From an uncultured Gemmatimonadaceae bacterium (lineage in GTDB: Bacteria; Gemmatimonadota; Gemmatimonadetes; Gemmatimonadales; Gemmatimonadaceae), in NCBI GenBank assembly GCA_963740355.1, contig CAVUDW010000002.1:2400001-2464000 (forward strand): a DNA stretch of 64,000 nucleotides. Reading direction: 5' to 3'. This document shows positions 1 to 11,481 of the stretch, one piece after another. The notes below the pieces were generated by a model. The model was not told the origin of the DNA. It was given only the letters and a program-made list of their open reading frames with translations, and did not search any database. Position 1 is the first letter of the stretch; every line of letters begins with the position of its first letter. Position numbers and translations under genes: made by a program.

Positions 1-795
1 GGTGGCGCGTGCATCCGCCTGCGCCAGCACACGCTGCACGATGCGATTCCTGGTGTACAGTTCGACCTGCTTCCCGCGCAGGGTGTAGCCACGTTCGCCC
101 TTGCCGATGATGACCGGCGAGATCATGAGACGCGCCAGTTCGTTGCCGCTGTCGAGGAATGCCGAGTCGCTGCGGGCGTCGAGATCGGATCGCGTGATCT
201 CGACTTTCCCACCGGCGTACACCAGGGAGTCGTTGTCGGTGGTGATCTGGTTGGCCGTGATCTGCACGGGCTCCGACTGCTTGCCGCTGGAGTCGCGCTG
301 CGACAGCCACAGTCGCGGACGCTGCACTGCCTCGAGCTTGGCTGCCGGCCGGAAGCCACGCACGGCCCGGTAATACGTGGCCTGTGGTCCGCGCATGATC
401 GATCCGCTCGGCAGCGTCGCTTCCACATTGCCGGTTGCAAGCAAGCGTTCGTCGGCCTGGAAATAGTTCATCTGGTCGCTACTGACTCGCACCCGCGGTT
501 CGGTGTAGCGCACGTGACCAAGCAGGTAGAGCACCTGTGCCTGCTGATACCACTCGGCACTGTCAGCCAGCAGTCGCACATCCTGATTCTGGCAGCGCGC
601 AGCTACGCGACCACCGATGAACACGTTCCGGGGGCCGTTCGGCGTCGACGTCGTGGTCGCGAGTCGGAGCGGCGAAGAATCGGGCACTGCGGCGCGAAGT
701 TCGATGTCACACCGCCCACCAGGCGCCTGCGCGCGGACGATCGACGCCACAGCAGTGGCGAGACCGAACAGCAGCAGCAGGCGGCGTGCGATCAC
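1..795 (-). CDS. OstA/LptA-LptD N-terminal-like beta-jellyroll protein (3' end truncated by window; absent from the ORF track)
   Basis: Read manually: GTG at 795 overlaps the lptC stop (GTGA). Signal-peptide-like start MIARRLLLLFGLATAVASIVRAQA, then OstA-like segments (VRLLADSAEWYQQAQVLYLLGHVRY; SDQMNYFQADERLLATGNVEA). Frame appears open to base 1. Occupies the usual lptA position after lptC. Confidence 0.75.
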   Translation of the reverse strand, partial: MIARRLLLLFGLATAVASIVRAQAPGGRCDIELRAAVPDSSPLRLATTTSTPNGPRNVFIGGRVAARCQNQDVRLLADSAEWYQQAQVLYLLGHVRYTEPRVRVSSDQMNYFQADERLLATGNVEATLPSGSIMRGPQATYYRAVRGFRPAAKLEAVQRPRLWLSQRDSSGKQSEPVQITANQITTDNDSLVYAGGKVEITRSDLDARSDSAFLDSGNELARLMISPVIIGKGERGYTLRGKQVELYTRNRIVQRVLAQADARAT

Positions 796-1469
796 TGCTT
801 GATCCTCTTCGCTGCCGCGCCAACTGGTACTTGCGGTCGCTGTGGCACTTTCACGGCGGGCACACCGGTCGACGGTGCAACGTCCGGCACGGCGTCCGTA
901 CGGAACACTGGCGCGGAGCCCTTCGCCGACGGCAGCACGATGCTGGCACCGGTTGCACGCGAGAGCTGGCGTACCTTCACGCTCAGCATCTGCGGATCAC
1001 TCTCGAAGCCAATGCCTTCGAGACGACGCTCTCCTTCCACCAACACGAACGGGCTGTCGGAGACGATCAGGTTGCGGAACTGCTCGAAGCGAACCATCGG
1101 CGACGTGAGTCGCTTGCCATCGGTGCTGACGATGACGACGTTCTGCCGAGCTTCCATCACGTTGGCGCGTGTGTTGTAGGTGCCACGCTTGGCGGTCAGC
1201 ACGCCATCGCGCGCCCCTTCCTTGTTGAAGAACGTCGTCGACACCACGCGCAGCTCGGCGCGGGTGTTCTCGTCGAAGAAGTACCCCGTGTCAGCGAGCA
1301 GTTCGGCGCGCTGCACGCCCCGATCGGTGATGATCGTGCGAAGCTTGAACATGACCTGGTCCGCCGAGTCGGCGGTGGTCGCCGTCCGTGCGACCTTGGT
1401 CTTGTCGTCGCGCTTGCATCCCGCAACCGCTGCGGCAAGCGTGACGGCGATCAGCAGGAAGCGGCGCAT
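792..1469 (-). CDS. lptC: LPS export ABC transporter periplasmic protein LptC
   Basis: Lipoprotein-like signal (VAGC), GVLTAKRGTY...MEARQNVVIVSTDGKRL, GIGFESDP; follows kdsD. Confidence 0.85.
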   Translation of the reverse strand: MRRFLLIAVTLAAAVAGCKRDDKTKVARTATTADSADQVMFKLRTIITDRGVQRAELLADTGYFFDENTRAELRVVSTTFFNKEGARDGVLTAKRGTYNTRANVMEARQNVVIVSTDGKRLTSPMVRFEQFRNLIVSDSPFVLVEGERRLEGIGFESDPQMLSVKVRQLSRATGASIVLPSAKGSAPVFRTDAVPDVAPSTGVPAVKVPQRPQVPVGAAAKRIKQ

Positions 1470-2434
1470 CAGACGACCCCCGCACGCAGCAGGTCGTGCA
1501 GGTGCACGATGCCGACAAGGCGATCATCACTGTTCAGCACTGGCATGGCCATGATGCCGAAGCGCTCCATACGGAAGACCACACCGCTGGCCAGTTCGTC
1601 GGCACGCGCCAGCCGCGGGGTCCGTGTCATCACGTCGGCCACAGGCACTGAGAATGGGTCACCACTGCGTTCGAGGAGCCGCGCCAGGTCGCCCGCCGAC
1701 ACGACACCGCTCACGGCACCGTCGCCGGTGCTCAGCACTACCAGTCCTCGCCGCTCAGCCAGCGGCACGATTGCTTCGCGCATGGTGGCTGTTACCGGCA
1801 GCACGGGCAGATGTTCGTCTTCCATGACCTCTGCGACCGTCGTGAGCAGCTTCTTGCCAAGCGCACCGCCGGGATGCAGGCGCGCAAAGTCCTCGCGTCG
1901 GAACCCTTTGTGCTCGAGCAATGCCACCGCCAGCGCATCCCCGAGGGCCAGCGCCGCGGTGGTGCTGGTGGTCGGCGCGAGATCGTGCGGACAGGCTTCC
2001 TCGGTCACTGCCGCGTCGAGTGTCGCGTCAGCGGCACGGCCGAGGGTCGACTTGACCTCGCCCGTAATTGCAATCACTCCGACACCAAGTCGCTTCAACT
2101 CCTGCAGTAGCGGGAGCAGCTCGGCGGTCTCGCCACTCTTCGACAGCAGGATTGCAATGTCATCCGGCCCGACGATACCGAGATCACCATGCACACTCTC
2201 GACAGGGTGCAGGAAGGTGGCCGGCGTGCCGGTGGATGTCAGCGTGGCGGCGATCTTTCGGCCAATCAGGCCGGACTTGCCCACGCCGGCCACGATGACG
2301 CGGCCTCGCGAGCGAGCGATCAGCAGCACGGCCCGCGCGAAATTGTCGTCGAGTCGCCCTTCCACCGCCGCAATGGCCTCGCGCTCGAGACGCAGCACCC
2401 GCACGCCACTGGTCAACAATTCTGCGTCGGTCAT
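1469..2434 (-). CDS. kdsD: Arabinose-5-phosphate isomerase (SIS + 2 CBS)
   Basis: GVGKSG, HGDLG, APTTST, HPGGALG motifs; C-terminal CBS pair; start at MTDAELL overlapping the upstream stop (ATGA). Confidence 0.95.
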   Translation of the reverse strand: MTDAELLTSGVRVLRLEREAIAAVEGRLDDNFARAVLLIARSRGRVIVAGVGKSGLIGRKIAATLTSTGTPATFLHPVESVHGDLGIVGPDDIAILLSKSGETAELLPLLQELKRLGVGVIAITGEVKSTLGRAADATLDAAVTEEACPHDLAPTTSTTAALALGDALAVALLEHKGFRREDFARLHPGGALGKKLLTTVAEVMEDEHLPVLPVTATMREAIVPLAERRGLVVLSTGDGAVSGVVSAGDLARLLERSGDPFSVPVADVMTRTPRLARADELASGVVFRMERFGIMAMPVLNSDDRLVGIVHLHDLLRAGVV

Positions 2435-3002
2435 GAGGCGTGCGCCTCGACGCCGGCGCTGTCGCTGACATAGGCGGCCACCAAGCCATCCCATTCGCCG
2501 CGCGCCTGGAGCAGCATTTCGATGAACTCTCGCGCTGCGCCACGCCCACCCTCGCGCGTCAACTGCACGGTCGCGACAGCCTTCACTTCCGCGACCGCGT
2601 TCGACGGCGCGGCGGCGAGCGCAACCTGCTGCATGACTGCGATATCGGCGAGGTCATCGCCCATGAAGGCAATCGCGTCGAAAGGAATGCCCAGCTCATC
2701 GCTCAGTGCGCGCAGGGTCGGGACCTTCTTCAGCCCCCTGCCTTGCTTCAGGTGCGTGATGCCGAGTTCGTGTGCGCGAAGAGTCGTGGCACCGGAATGC
2801 CTCGCGGAAATGAACGCGATCGCAATCCCGGCGCGACGGAGCATCACGATGCCCAGCCCGTCCTGCACATCGAAGCGCTTCATCTCGATCCGCTCATCTA
2901 CCACATCGTTGTTCGAATCACCGATGTAGACGCCATTGTCCGTCAGCGTCCCATCGACATCGAACGCCACGAGGGCGATGCGCCGGGCGAGCGTGGGATC
3001 GA

Positions 3003-3006
<4 letters not shown>
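2431..3006 (-). CDS. kdsC: KDO-8-phosphate phosphatase (HAD IIIA)
   Basis: DVDGTLTD, FDVQDG, GDDLAD, GGRGAARE motifs. Confidence 0.92.
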
Positions 3007-6270
<3,264 letters not shown>

Positions 6271-6297
6271 GCGAGATCCCTCGTCGGATCGATTGCG

Positions 6298-6342
6298 GCA
6301 AGAATCATTCCAGTAACGTAGACCCTTGGAGCGCAATGGCAA
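6298..6342 (-). promoter_or_regulatory. Candidate promoters for the kdsB operon: sigma54-like TGGAATG-N4-TTGC (6298-6312) and sigma70-like TTGCCA-N16-TACGTT (6315-6342)
   Basis: Motifs read on the minus strand in the 163-nt trpG-kdsB intergenic region; GG-N10-GC spacing is exact. Confidence 0.4.
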
Positions 6343-6433
6343 TGGCGTACGGGTCCGCTCAGCTGTTGCGTCCGGTCCTCACGCGTCTAAGCAAGCAAAC
6401 TGGGCAGGAATTGTGCCCTGCGGCAGGCCGAGT

Positions 6434-7030
6434 TTACCGAGTCGTGGCAGCGTGCGACCGCGCCAGTGACAGGAAGTTCTGGAGCAGCTGTTTGCCCCCC
6501 TCGGTGAGCACGGACTCGGGATGGAATTGCACGCCCCAGACGGGGTGCTCCCGGTGCCGCAAGGCGTGGATTTCCGTCGCCGAATCAGTCGCCCGAGCCG
6601 TCACTTCCAGCACCGACGGCAGCGACGCCGGCTCGACCACCAGCGAGTGGTATCGCATCACGCGCAGTGGTGACGGCAGGCCCGCGAAGAGCTCGGTGCC
6701 ATCGTGCACGAGGTCGGACGTCTTGCCGTGCATCACCCGGTCGGCGCGCACCACGCACCCACCGTACGCTTCGCCAATCGCCTGGTGCCCGAGGCAGACA
6801 CCAAGGATCGGAATCGTGGAGCCCCACTGCTGAATCACGGGCACCGTGATGCCGGCCTCGCCTGGCGTGCACGGGCCCGGCGACAGGACGATCGCCTCCG
6901 GGGCCATTGCCCCGACGGCGTCCACGGTCAACTCGTCGTTGCGATGCACGGCCAGTGTCTCGCCCATCTCGCCCAGGTACTGCACCAGGTTCCAGGTGAA
7001 CGAGTCGTAGTTGTCGAGGATCAGGATCAT
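6434..7030 (-). CDS. trpG: Anthranilate/aminodeoxychorismate synthase component II (glutamine amidotransferase)
   Basis: DNYDSFTWNLVQY, SPGP, GVCLGHQ, RYHSL, QFHPES. Confidence 0.93.
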   Translation of the reverse strand: MILILDNYDSFTWNLVQYLGEMGETLAVHRNDELTVDAVGAMAPEAIVLSPGPCTPGEAGITVPVIQQWGSTIPILGVCLGHQAIGEAYGGCVVRADRVMHGKTSDLVHDGTELFAGLPSPLRVMRYHSLVVEPASLPSVLEVTARATDSATEIHALRHREHPVWGVQFHPESVLTEGGKQLLQNFLSLARSHAATTR

Positions 7031-7941
7031 GCGCCGCGGGGATGGAACTGTCGGTGAATCTGCTGCAGGTAGCTGCGATCGACGTGGGTGTACAACTGCG
7101 TGGTCGCGATGTCGGCGTGGCCGAGCATGTCCTGCACGGCACGCAGGTCCGCGCCACCTTCCAACAGATGCGTGGCGAACGAGTGGCGCAAGGTGTGCGG
7201 CGTGACGTGTGTGGTGATTCCAGCGGCATCGACATACTTCCGCAACAGCTTCCAGGCGCCCATGCGTGACAACTGTCCGCCGCGCGCATTCACGAACAAC
7301 GTGGCGGTCGGTGCACCGTGCACCAGCGTCGGACGCAGTTCGCGGGTGTAAATCGCCACGGCAGCCAGCGCGCGTCGGCCAATCGGAACCAGCCGCTCCT
7401 TGTTCCCCTTCCCGACGACACGCACAATGCGCTCATCCATGTACACGTCGCCGATCCCAAGCGTGATCCACTCACTCACGCGCAGGCCTGCGCCGTACGC
7501 CACCTCGAACAAGGCGCGGTCGCGAAATGCGAGCCGCTCGTCGAGCGAGATCGCGCCGATGATGCGGTCGACTTCGTCCGGTGACAAGACGTCCGGCAGC
7601 GTCCGCCATTTCTTCGGCGTCTCGAGTTGCTCGCTGGGATCGTGCTTGATGTACGACTCACCGACCAGGAAGCGATAGAAACCACGCACCGCACTGACCA
7701 TCCGGCTGACCGACGCCGGCGCAAGGCCGAGGTCCACGAGGTGGTGGATGAAGCCGCGCAGCATTCGTGCATCGATGGCGGTGGGCGACGGGCTCCCGTG
7801 CAACGCGAGGTACTCGTGCAGGCGCAGCAGGTCGCGGCCGTACGCCTCGATGGTGCGTGGTGACGATCCCTGCTCGAGCGACATCGTGTCGAGCCACGCG
7901 TCGGCGTGCTCGAGGGGATGTGACGCGCCGATCGGCGTCAT
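7027..7941 (-). CDS. xerD: Site-specific tyrosine recombinase XerD
   Basis: N-terminal SAM-like domain, GLRVSE, GKGNKERLVP, TPHTLRHSFATHLLEGGADLR, LGHADIATTQLY, FHPRG C-terminus. Confidence 0.92.
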   Translation of the reverse strand: MTPIGASHPLEHADAWLDTMSLEQGSSPRTIEAYGRDLLRLHEYLALHGSPSPTAIDARMLRGFIHHLVDLGLAPASVSRMVSAVRGFYRFLVGESYIKHDPSEQLETPKKWRTLPDVLSPDEVDRIIGAISLDERLAFRDRALFEVAYGAGLRVSEWITLGIGDVYMDERIVRVVGKGNKERLVPIGRRALAAVAIYTRELRPTLVHGAPTATLFVNARGGQLSRMGAWKLLRKYVDAAGITTHVTPHTLRHSFATHLLEGGADLRAVQDMLGHADIATTQLYTHVDRSYLQQIHRQFHPRGA

Positions 7942-8540
7942 TCGCCTGTGGCGCGTCGCCGACGCCACCAGATGACGGCACCCACGACGACCACGATCGC
8001 GACGGCCACCAATCCCGAGACACGCGTCGCGGAACCAATCAGGCGTTGCAACTCATCGAGGTTCTGCCCGAAGCGAAAGCCGAGCCAGGCGATCGCACCG
8101 TACCAGATGGCCGATGCGATCGCCATCGCCGGCACGACTTGTCGCAAGGGAATCCTGAGCGCGCCTGCGAATGGCGGTACGATCGCGCGAACGCCAGGCA
8201 GGAAGCGACTCACGAACAATGCCCACCCGCCATACGACGAATACATCTTCGCGACGCGCGCTTCCGCATCGGCACCGCCGAAACGCTTCATCAGTGCGGC
8301 GCTACCGTATTTTCGGCCGACGAAATACATGCCGATCGCACCGCACAGGTTGCCAGCCCAGATCGAGGTGGCCGCCACGATCAACGAGCCCTGGCCGCGT
8401 GCCGCGAGAAAACTGCCCACACCGACCACGGTGTCCGCTGGGATGGGCGGAAAGATGTTTTCGGCTGCCGCGATCAGCGCCAGCGACGAATACAGCGCCC
8501 ACGTTGGGAGCGACGAAAGCCACTCCAGTACGGCATTCAC
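7938..8540 (-). CDS. DedA family membrane protein
   Basis: ENIFPPIPAD, YFVGRKYG, SRFLPGVR motifs; hydrophobic segments. Confidence 0.9.
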   Translation of the reverse strand: MNAVLEWLSSLPTWALYSSLALIAAAENIFPPIPADTVVGVGSFLAARGQGSLIVAATSIWAGNLCGAIGMYFVGRKYGSAALMKRFGGADAEARVAKMYSSYGGWALFVSRFLPGVRAIVPPFAGALRIPLRQVVPAMAIASAIWYGAIAWLGFRFGQNLDELQRLIGSATRVSGLVAVAIVVVVGAVIWWRRRRATGE

Positions 8541-8543
8541 TGG

Positions 8544-9545
8544 CTAGTTCGCAGTGCGGACCGGGATGAGCGTTGCGACGGCCATACATGCGAGTCCTTC
8601 GCCGCGGCCAACCCAGCCCATCCCCTCGTTGGTCTTGGCTTTCACGCTCACGCCATCCGTCGGCAAGCCAAGCGCATTCGCGAGCGCCCCGCGCATTGCA
8701 TCGCGATATGGCAGCAGCTTCGGCCGCTCGACGATCACCGTCACGTCGACCTGCGCCACACGCCAACCGCGCTTTTCCGCTGCCTGGCACGCGAGGCGCA
8801 GCATCTCGATCGAGCTGCGGCCCTTGTTCGCTGGATCCGTGTCGGGGAACAGTTCCCCTATGTCACCAGCCCCCGCGCCACCGAGGATCGCATCGGTGAG
8901 CGCATGACAGACCGCGTCGGCATCGGAATGTCCCACGAGCTTGATGTCGCCGGGAATCTCGATGCCGCCGAGAATCATCGGACCGCCGACCCCGAAGCGA
9001 TGCGAGTCGTAGCCGATGCCGGTACGGACCGGCAGCGATGGCGCAAAGGTCGGCGGGAAGGTGACATCGAGAATCTCGATGCCAGCCAGCGGGTCTGGCG
9101 CGCCCGGCTGACGCAGCACGCCGCGCGCTTCCGGGAACACGCCCCACAACAGCGGCGGCGTGACACCTGATGCGGCCAGCAACTTTCCCGCCCATGTGGT
9201 TTGGTCCTGCGCTGCGGCCATCAGGATGTCAGCATCCGAGATCTCGGATGCGCCGCACTGTTCAGAGATTCGCCCTGCCCGCTCCAGCACATGTTCCGGT
9301 GCGTCGTCGATCTCGGCCAGCAGTGCTCCAGTGCGTGCGAGATGAATGTCCCGGCGCGCATCCAGCTGCAGTGCGGCGGGGTTCACTCCCAGCAGGCGGA
9401 GCGCTGTTTGTGACCCCTCAGCGCCTGGCTCGAGAAGGCCGAGCAGCAGGTGCAGCGACGACAGCGTGGGATCGCCGATGCGCTCCATCTCGACCATTGC
9501 GAAGTCGATGGCCTTGCGAGCAGAAGCCTGAAACCGAACGGGCAT
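8544..9545 (-). CDS. ispF: Fusion: N-terminal tandem Clp repeat (ClpA/B/C N-domain-like) + 2-C-methyl-D-erythritol 2,4-cyclodiphosphate synthase
   Basis: C-terminal ~160 aa carries GIGYDSH, HSDADAVCHALTDA, DIGELFPDTD, KAKTNE. N-terminal ~135 aa resembles Clp_N repeats (RFQASARKAIDFA...HLLLGLL...ALRLLGVN; HVLERA...DILMAA...AGKLLAASGVT). Confidence 0.88.
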   Translation of the reverse strand: MPVRFQASARKAIDFAMVEMERIGDPTLSSLHLLLGLLEPGAEGSQTALRLLGVNPAALQLDARRDIHLARTGALLAEIDDAPEHVLERAGRISEQCGASEISDADILMAAAQDQTTWAGKLLAASGVTPPLLWGVFPEARGVLRQPGAPDPLAGIEILDVTFPPTFAPSLPVRTGIGYDSHRFGVGGPMILGGIEIPGDIKLVGHSDADAVCHALTDAILGGAGAGDIGELFPDTDPANKGRSSIEMLRLACQAAEKRGWRVAQVDVTVIVERPKLLPYRDAMRGALANALGLPTDGVSVKAKTNEGMGWVGRGEGLACMAVATLIPVRTAN

Positions 9546-9596
9546 GAGCGGGAGAGTCGGGGACGGGAGCGAGCAGCGAGCGCGAACAGCGAACGA

Positions 9597-10634
9597 TCAG
9601 GCGGCGACGGCTTCGGCTTCGATCGGGAGAATTGAATAGTCCTGCCGGCGACGGGCCGCCGTGAATCCCGCGTCGTGAATCAGGCGCTCGAGTTCCTTGG
9701 TGGTGGTGCGATAGGTCGTGTTCGCCGCCGACACCACGTTCTCCTCGATCATCAGCGAGCCGAAGTCGTTGCAGCCGTAGCGCAACGCCATCTGTCCAAC
9801 CTTCATGCCCATTGTGACCCAGCTGCTCTGCAGGTTCGGCACGTTGTCGAGCACGAGGCGGCTGATCGCAACCGTGCGCAGGTACTCCGTCGCGTCGGTC
9901 TTCTGGTAGTGCGAGAACTCCGGCGTATTCTCGGGCTGCAACGGCCAGGTGATGAAGGCGGTGAAGCCACCGGTGCGCGCCTGCAGTGCTCGCACGCGAT
10001 CGAGATGCTCGATGCGCTCCGCCAGCGTTTCGCCGAGTCCGTACATCATCGTCACCGACGTCTTCATCCCTTCCTGGTGCGCAATCTCCATCATCTCGAG
10101 CCAGCGATCGGCGCCGGCCTTCTTCGGTGCGGCGTAGTCGCGGACACGCTGCACCAGAATCTCGCCGCCGCCGCCCGGAATGGAATCGAGGCCGGCCGAC
10201 TTCAACTCGCGGATGACCTCGCGCGGGTCCATGCGGAACAGCGTCGCAAAGAAATCGACTTCGCTCGGGCTGAATCCGTGAATGTGGATCGGATGGTTGC
10301 GCTTGATGTAGCGCAGCAGGTCGAGATACCACTCGAACGGGATGTACGGATTGTGCCCGCCCTGGATCAGGATCTGCACGCCGCCAAGCGCCTTCGTTTC
10401 ATCGATCTTCTGCCCGATCTGCTCGAACGAGAGCGTGTAGCCCTCGTTGTGCTTGGGCCGCCGCGCGAACGCACAGAAGCCGCAATCCGCCACACAGACG
10501 TTCGTGTAGTTGATGTTGCGATCGACGATGTAGGTCACCACGCCTTCGGGGTGCAGTCGTTCGCGCACCTTGTCGGCTTCGAACCCAAGTTCGAGGAGCG
10601 GGGCGTTGGTGTAGAAGTCGAGAATATCGCGCAT
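9597..10634 (-). CDS. mqnC: Cyclic dehypoxanthine futalosine synthase (radical SAM)
   Basis: DRNINYTNVCVADCGFCAF, PGGGGEIL, QSSWVT, GCNDFGSLMIEENVV. Confidence 0.93.
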   Translation of the reverse strand: MRDILDFYTNAPLLELGFEADKVRERLHPEGVVTYIVDRNINYTNVCVADCGFCAFARRPKHNEGYTLSFEQIGQKIDETKALGGVQILIQGGHNPYIPFEWYLDLLRYIKRNHPIHIHGFSPSEVDFFATLFRMDPREVIRELKSAGLDSIPGGGGEILVQRVRDYAAPKKAGADRWLEMMEIAHQEGMKTSVTMMYGLGETLAERIEHLDRVRALQARTGGFTAFITWPLQPENTPEFSHYQKTDATEYLRTVAISRLVLDNVPNLQSSWVTMGMKVGQMALRYGCNDFGSLMIEENVVSAANTTYRTTTKELERLIHDAGFTAARRRQDYSILPIEAEAVAA

Positions 10635-10640
10635 GTGGCC

Positions 10641-11480
10641 TCAGGCCGCGGAAAGGAAGACGAGTGGACGTGCCTGCACCCGGCCCGCGGCATCGAGCCG
10701 GCGGTAGAACTCGGTCAGTCCCTGGAGGTGCGGCAACGACAGGCGGTAGTCGAGCCCACTGAAGTACAACGCACAGATGTCACGAGGCACGCCGGTGGTG
10801 GCGGCTGCCTGTTCCGCCAGGATCGGCAGGTTGGCCACGCCCCAGTCACGAGACGCGATCAGGCCGGCGTGCACACGAAGCGCCTCGGCCACAGGCGTGG
10901 AACGCTGGGCAACCCAGACGGCAAACACGAACGGCAACCCGGTCCACTCCTTCCACTCCTGCCCGAGGTCGACGTGGTGCGGATACACCTTGCTGACCGC
11001 GTTCGTGCCGGACGACAGCAGCAGCGCTGCATCGCCGATCACCAGGCGTGCATCATGTGGTTCGCTGCCAAAATGTGCGATATCGGCACTTTCGGCGTCG
11101 GCGGGCACGAGCCGAGGAGACACACCCCAGCGTTCACGGAACATCAGGGCCAGCAACTCGACGGATGTCATGCTGCTGCGTGACACGAGCACCGTGGCGC
11201 CATCGAGATCGGCCACCGGACGCTTGCTGAAAAGCATGACGCTGCGGACCGGACCATCGGAGGTTATCGCCAGATCAGGCAACAGCAAGTATCGCTCGGC
11301 ATGCAGCGCGTACTCGACGGCACTGACGACGCTGACGTCGAGCGTCCCAGCGGCCATCTCTGCATTCAATGCACTCGGCACACCATCCACCATCGCAGCA
11401 TCGATCGACACGATTCCACGGTCCACCGCGCCGTACACCGGGTAGGTGTTGATGTACCAGATCCGCCCGACGCGCAGCAT
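10641..11480 (-). CDS. mqnA: Chorismate dehydratase (futalosine pathway)
   Basis: RVGRIWYINTYP, GVPSALN, GPVRSV, SMTSV, IGDAAL, TGLPFVFAVW; start at MLRVG. Confidence 0.92.
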   Translation of the reverse strand: MLRVGRIWYINTYPVYGAVDRGIVSIDAAMVDGVPSALNAEMAAGTLDVSVVSAVEYALHAERYLLLPDLAITSDGPVRSVMLFSKRPVADLDGATVLVSRSSMTSVELLALMFRERWGVSPRLVPADAESADIAHFGSEPHDARLVIGDAALLLSSGTNAVSKVYPHHVDLGQEWKEWTGLPFVFAVWVAQRSTPVAEALRVHAGLIASRDWGVANLPILAEQAAATTGVPRDICALYFSGLDYRLSLPHLQGLTEFYRRLDAAGRVQARPLVFLSAA

Positions 11481-11481
11481 C

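Noticed and set aside
7027..7941. Tyrosine recombinase as integrase of a mobile element
   Set aside because: XerD-like sequence embedded in a housekeeping operon; no att repeats, cargo genes or compositional shift seen.
9150..9545. Clp_N domain of the IspF fusion as a phospho-arginine receptor
   Set aside because: By-eye alignment shows the T-x-R and T-E ligand positions of B. subtilis ClpC are substituted in both repeats; not supported without a proper alignment.
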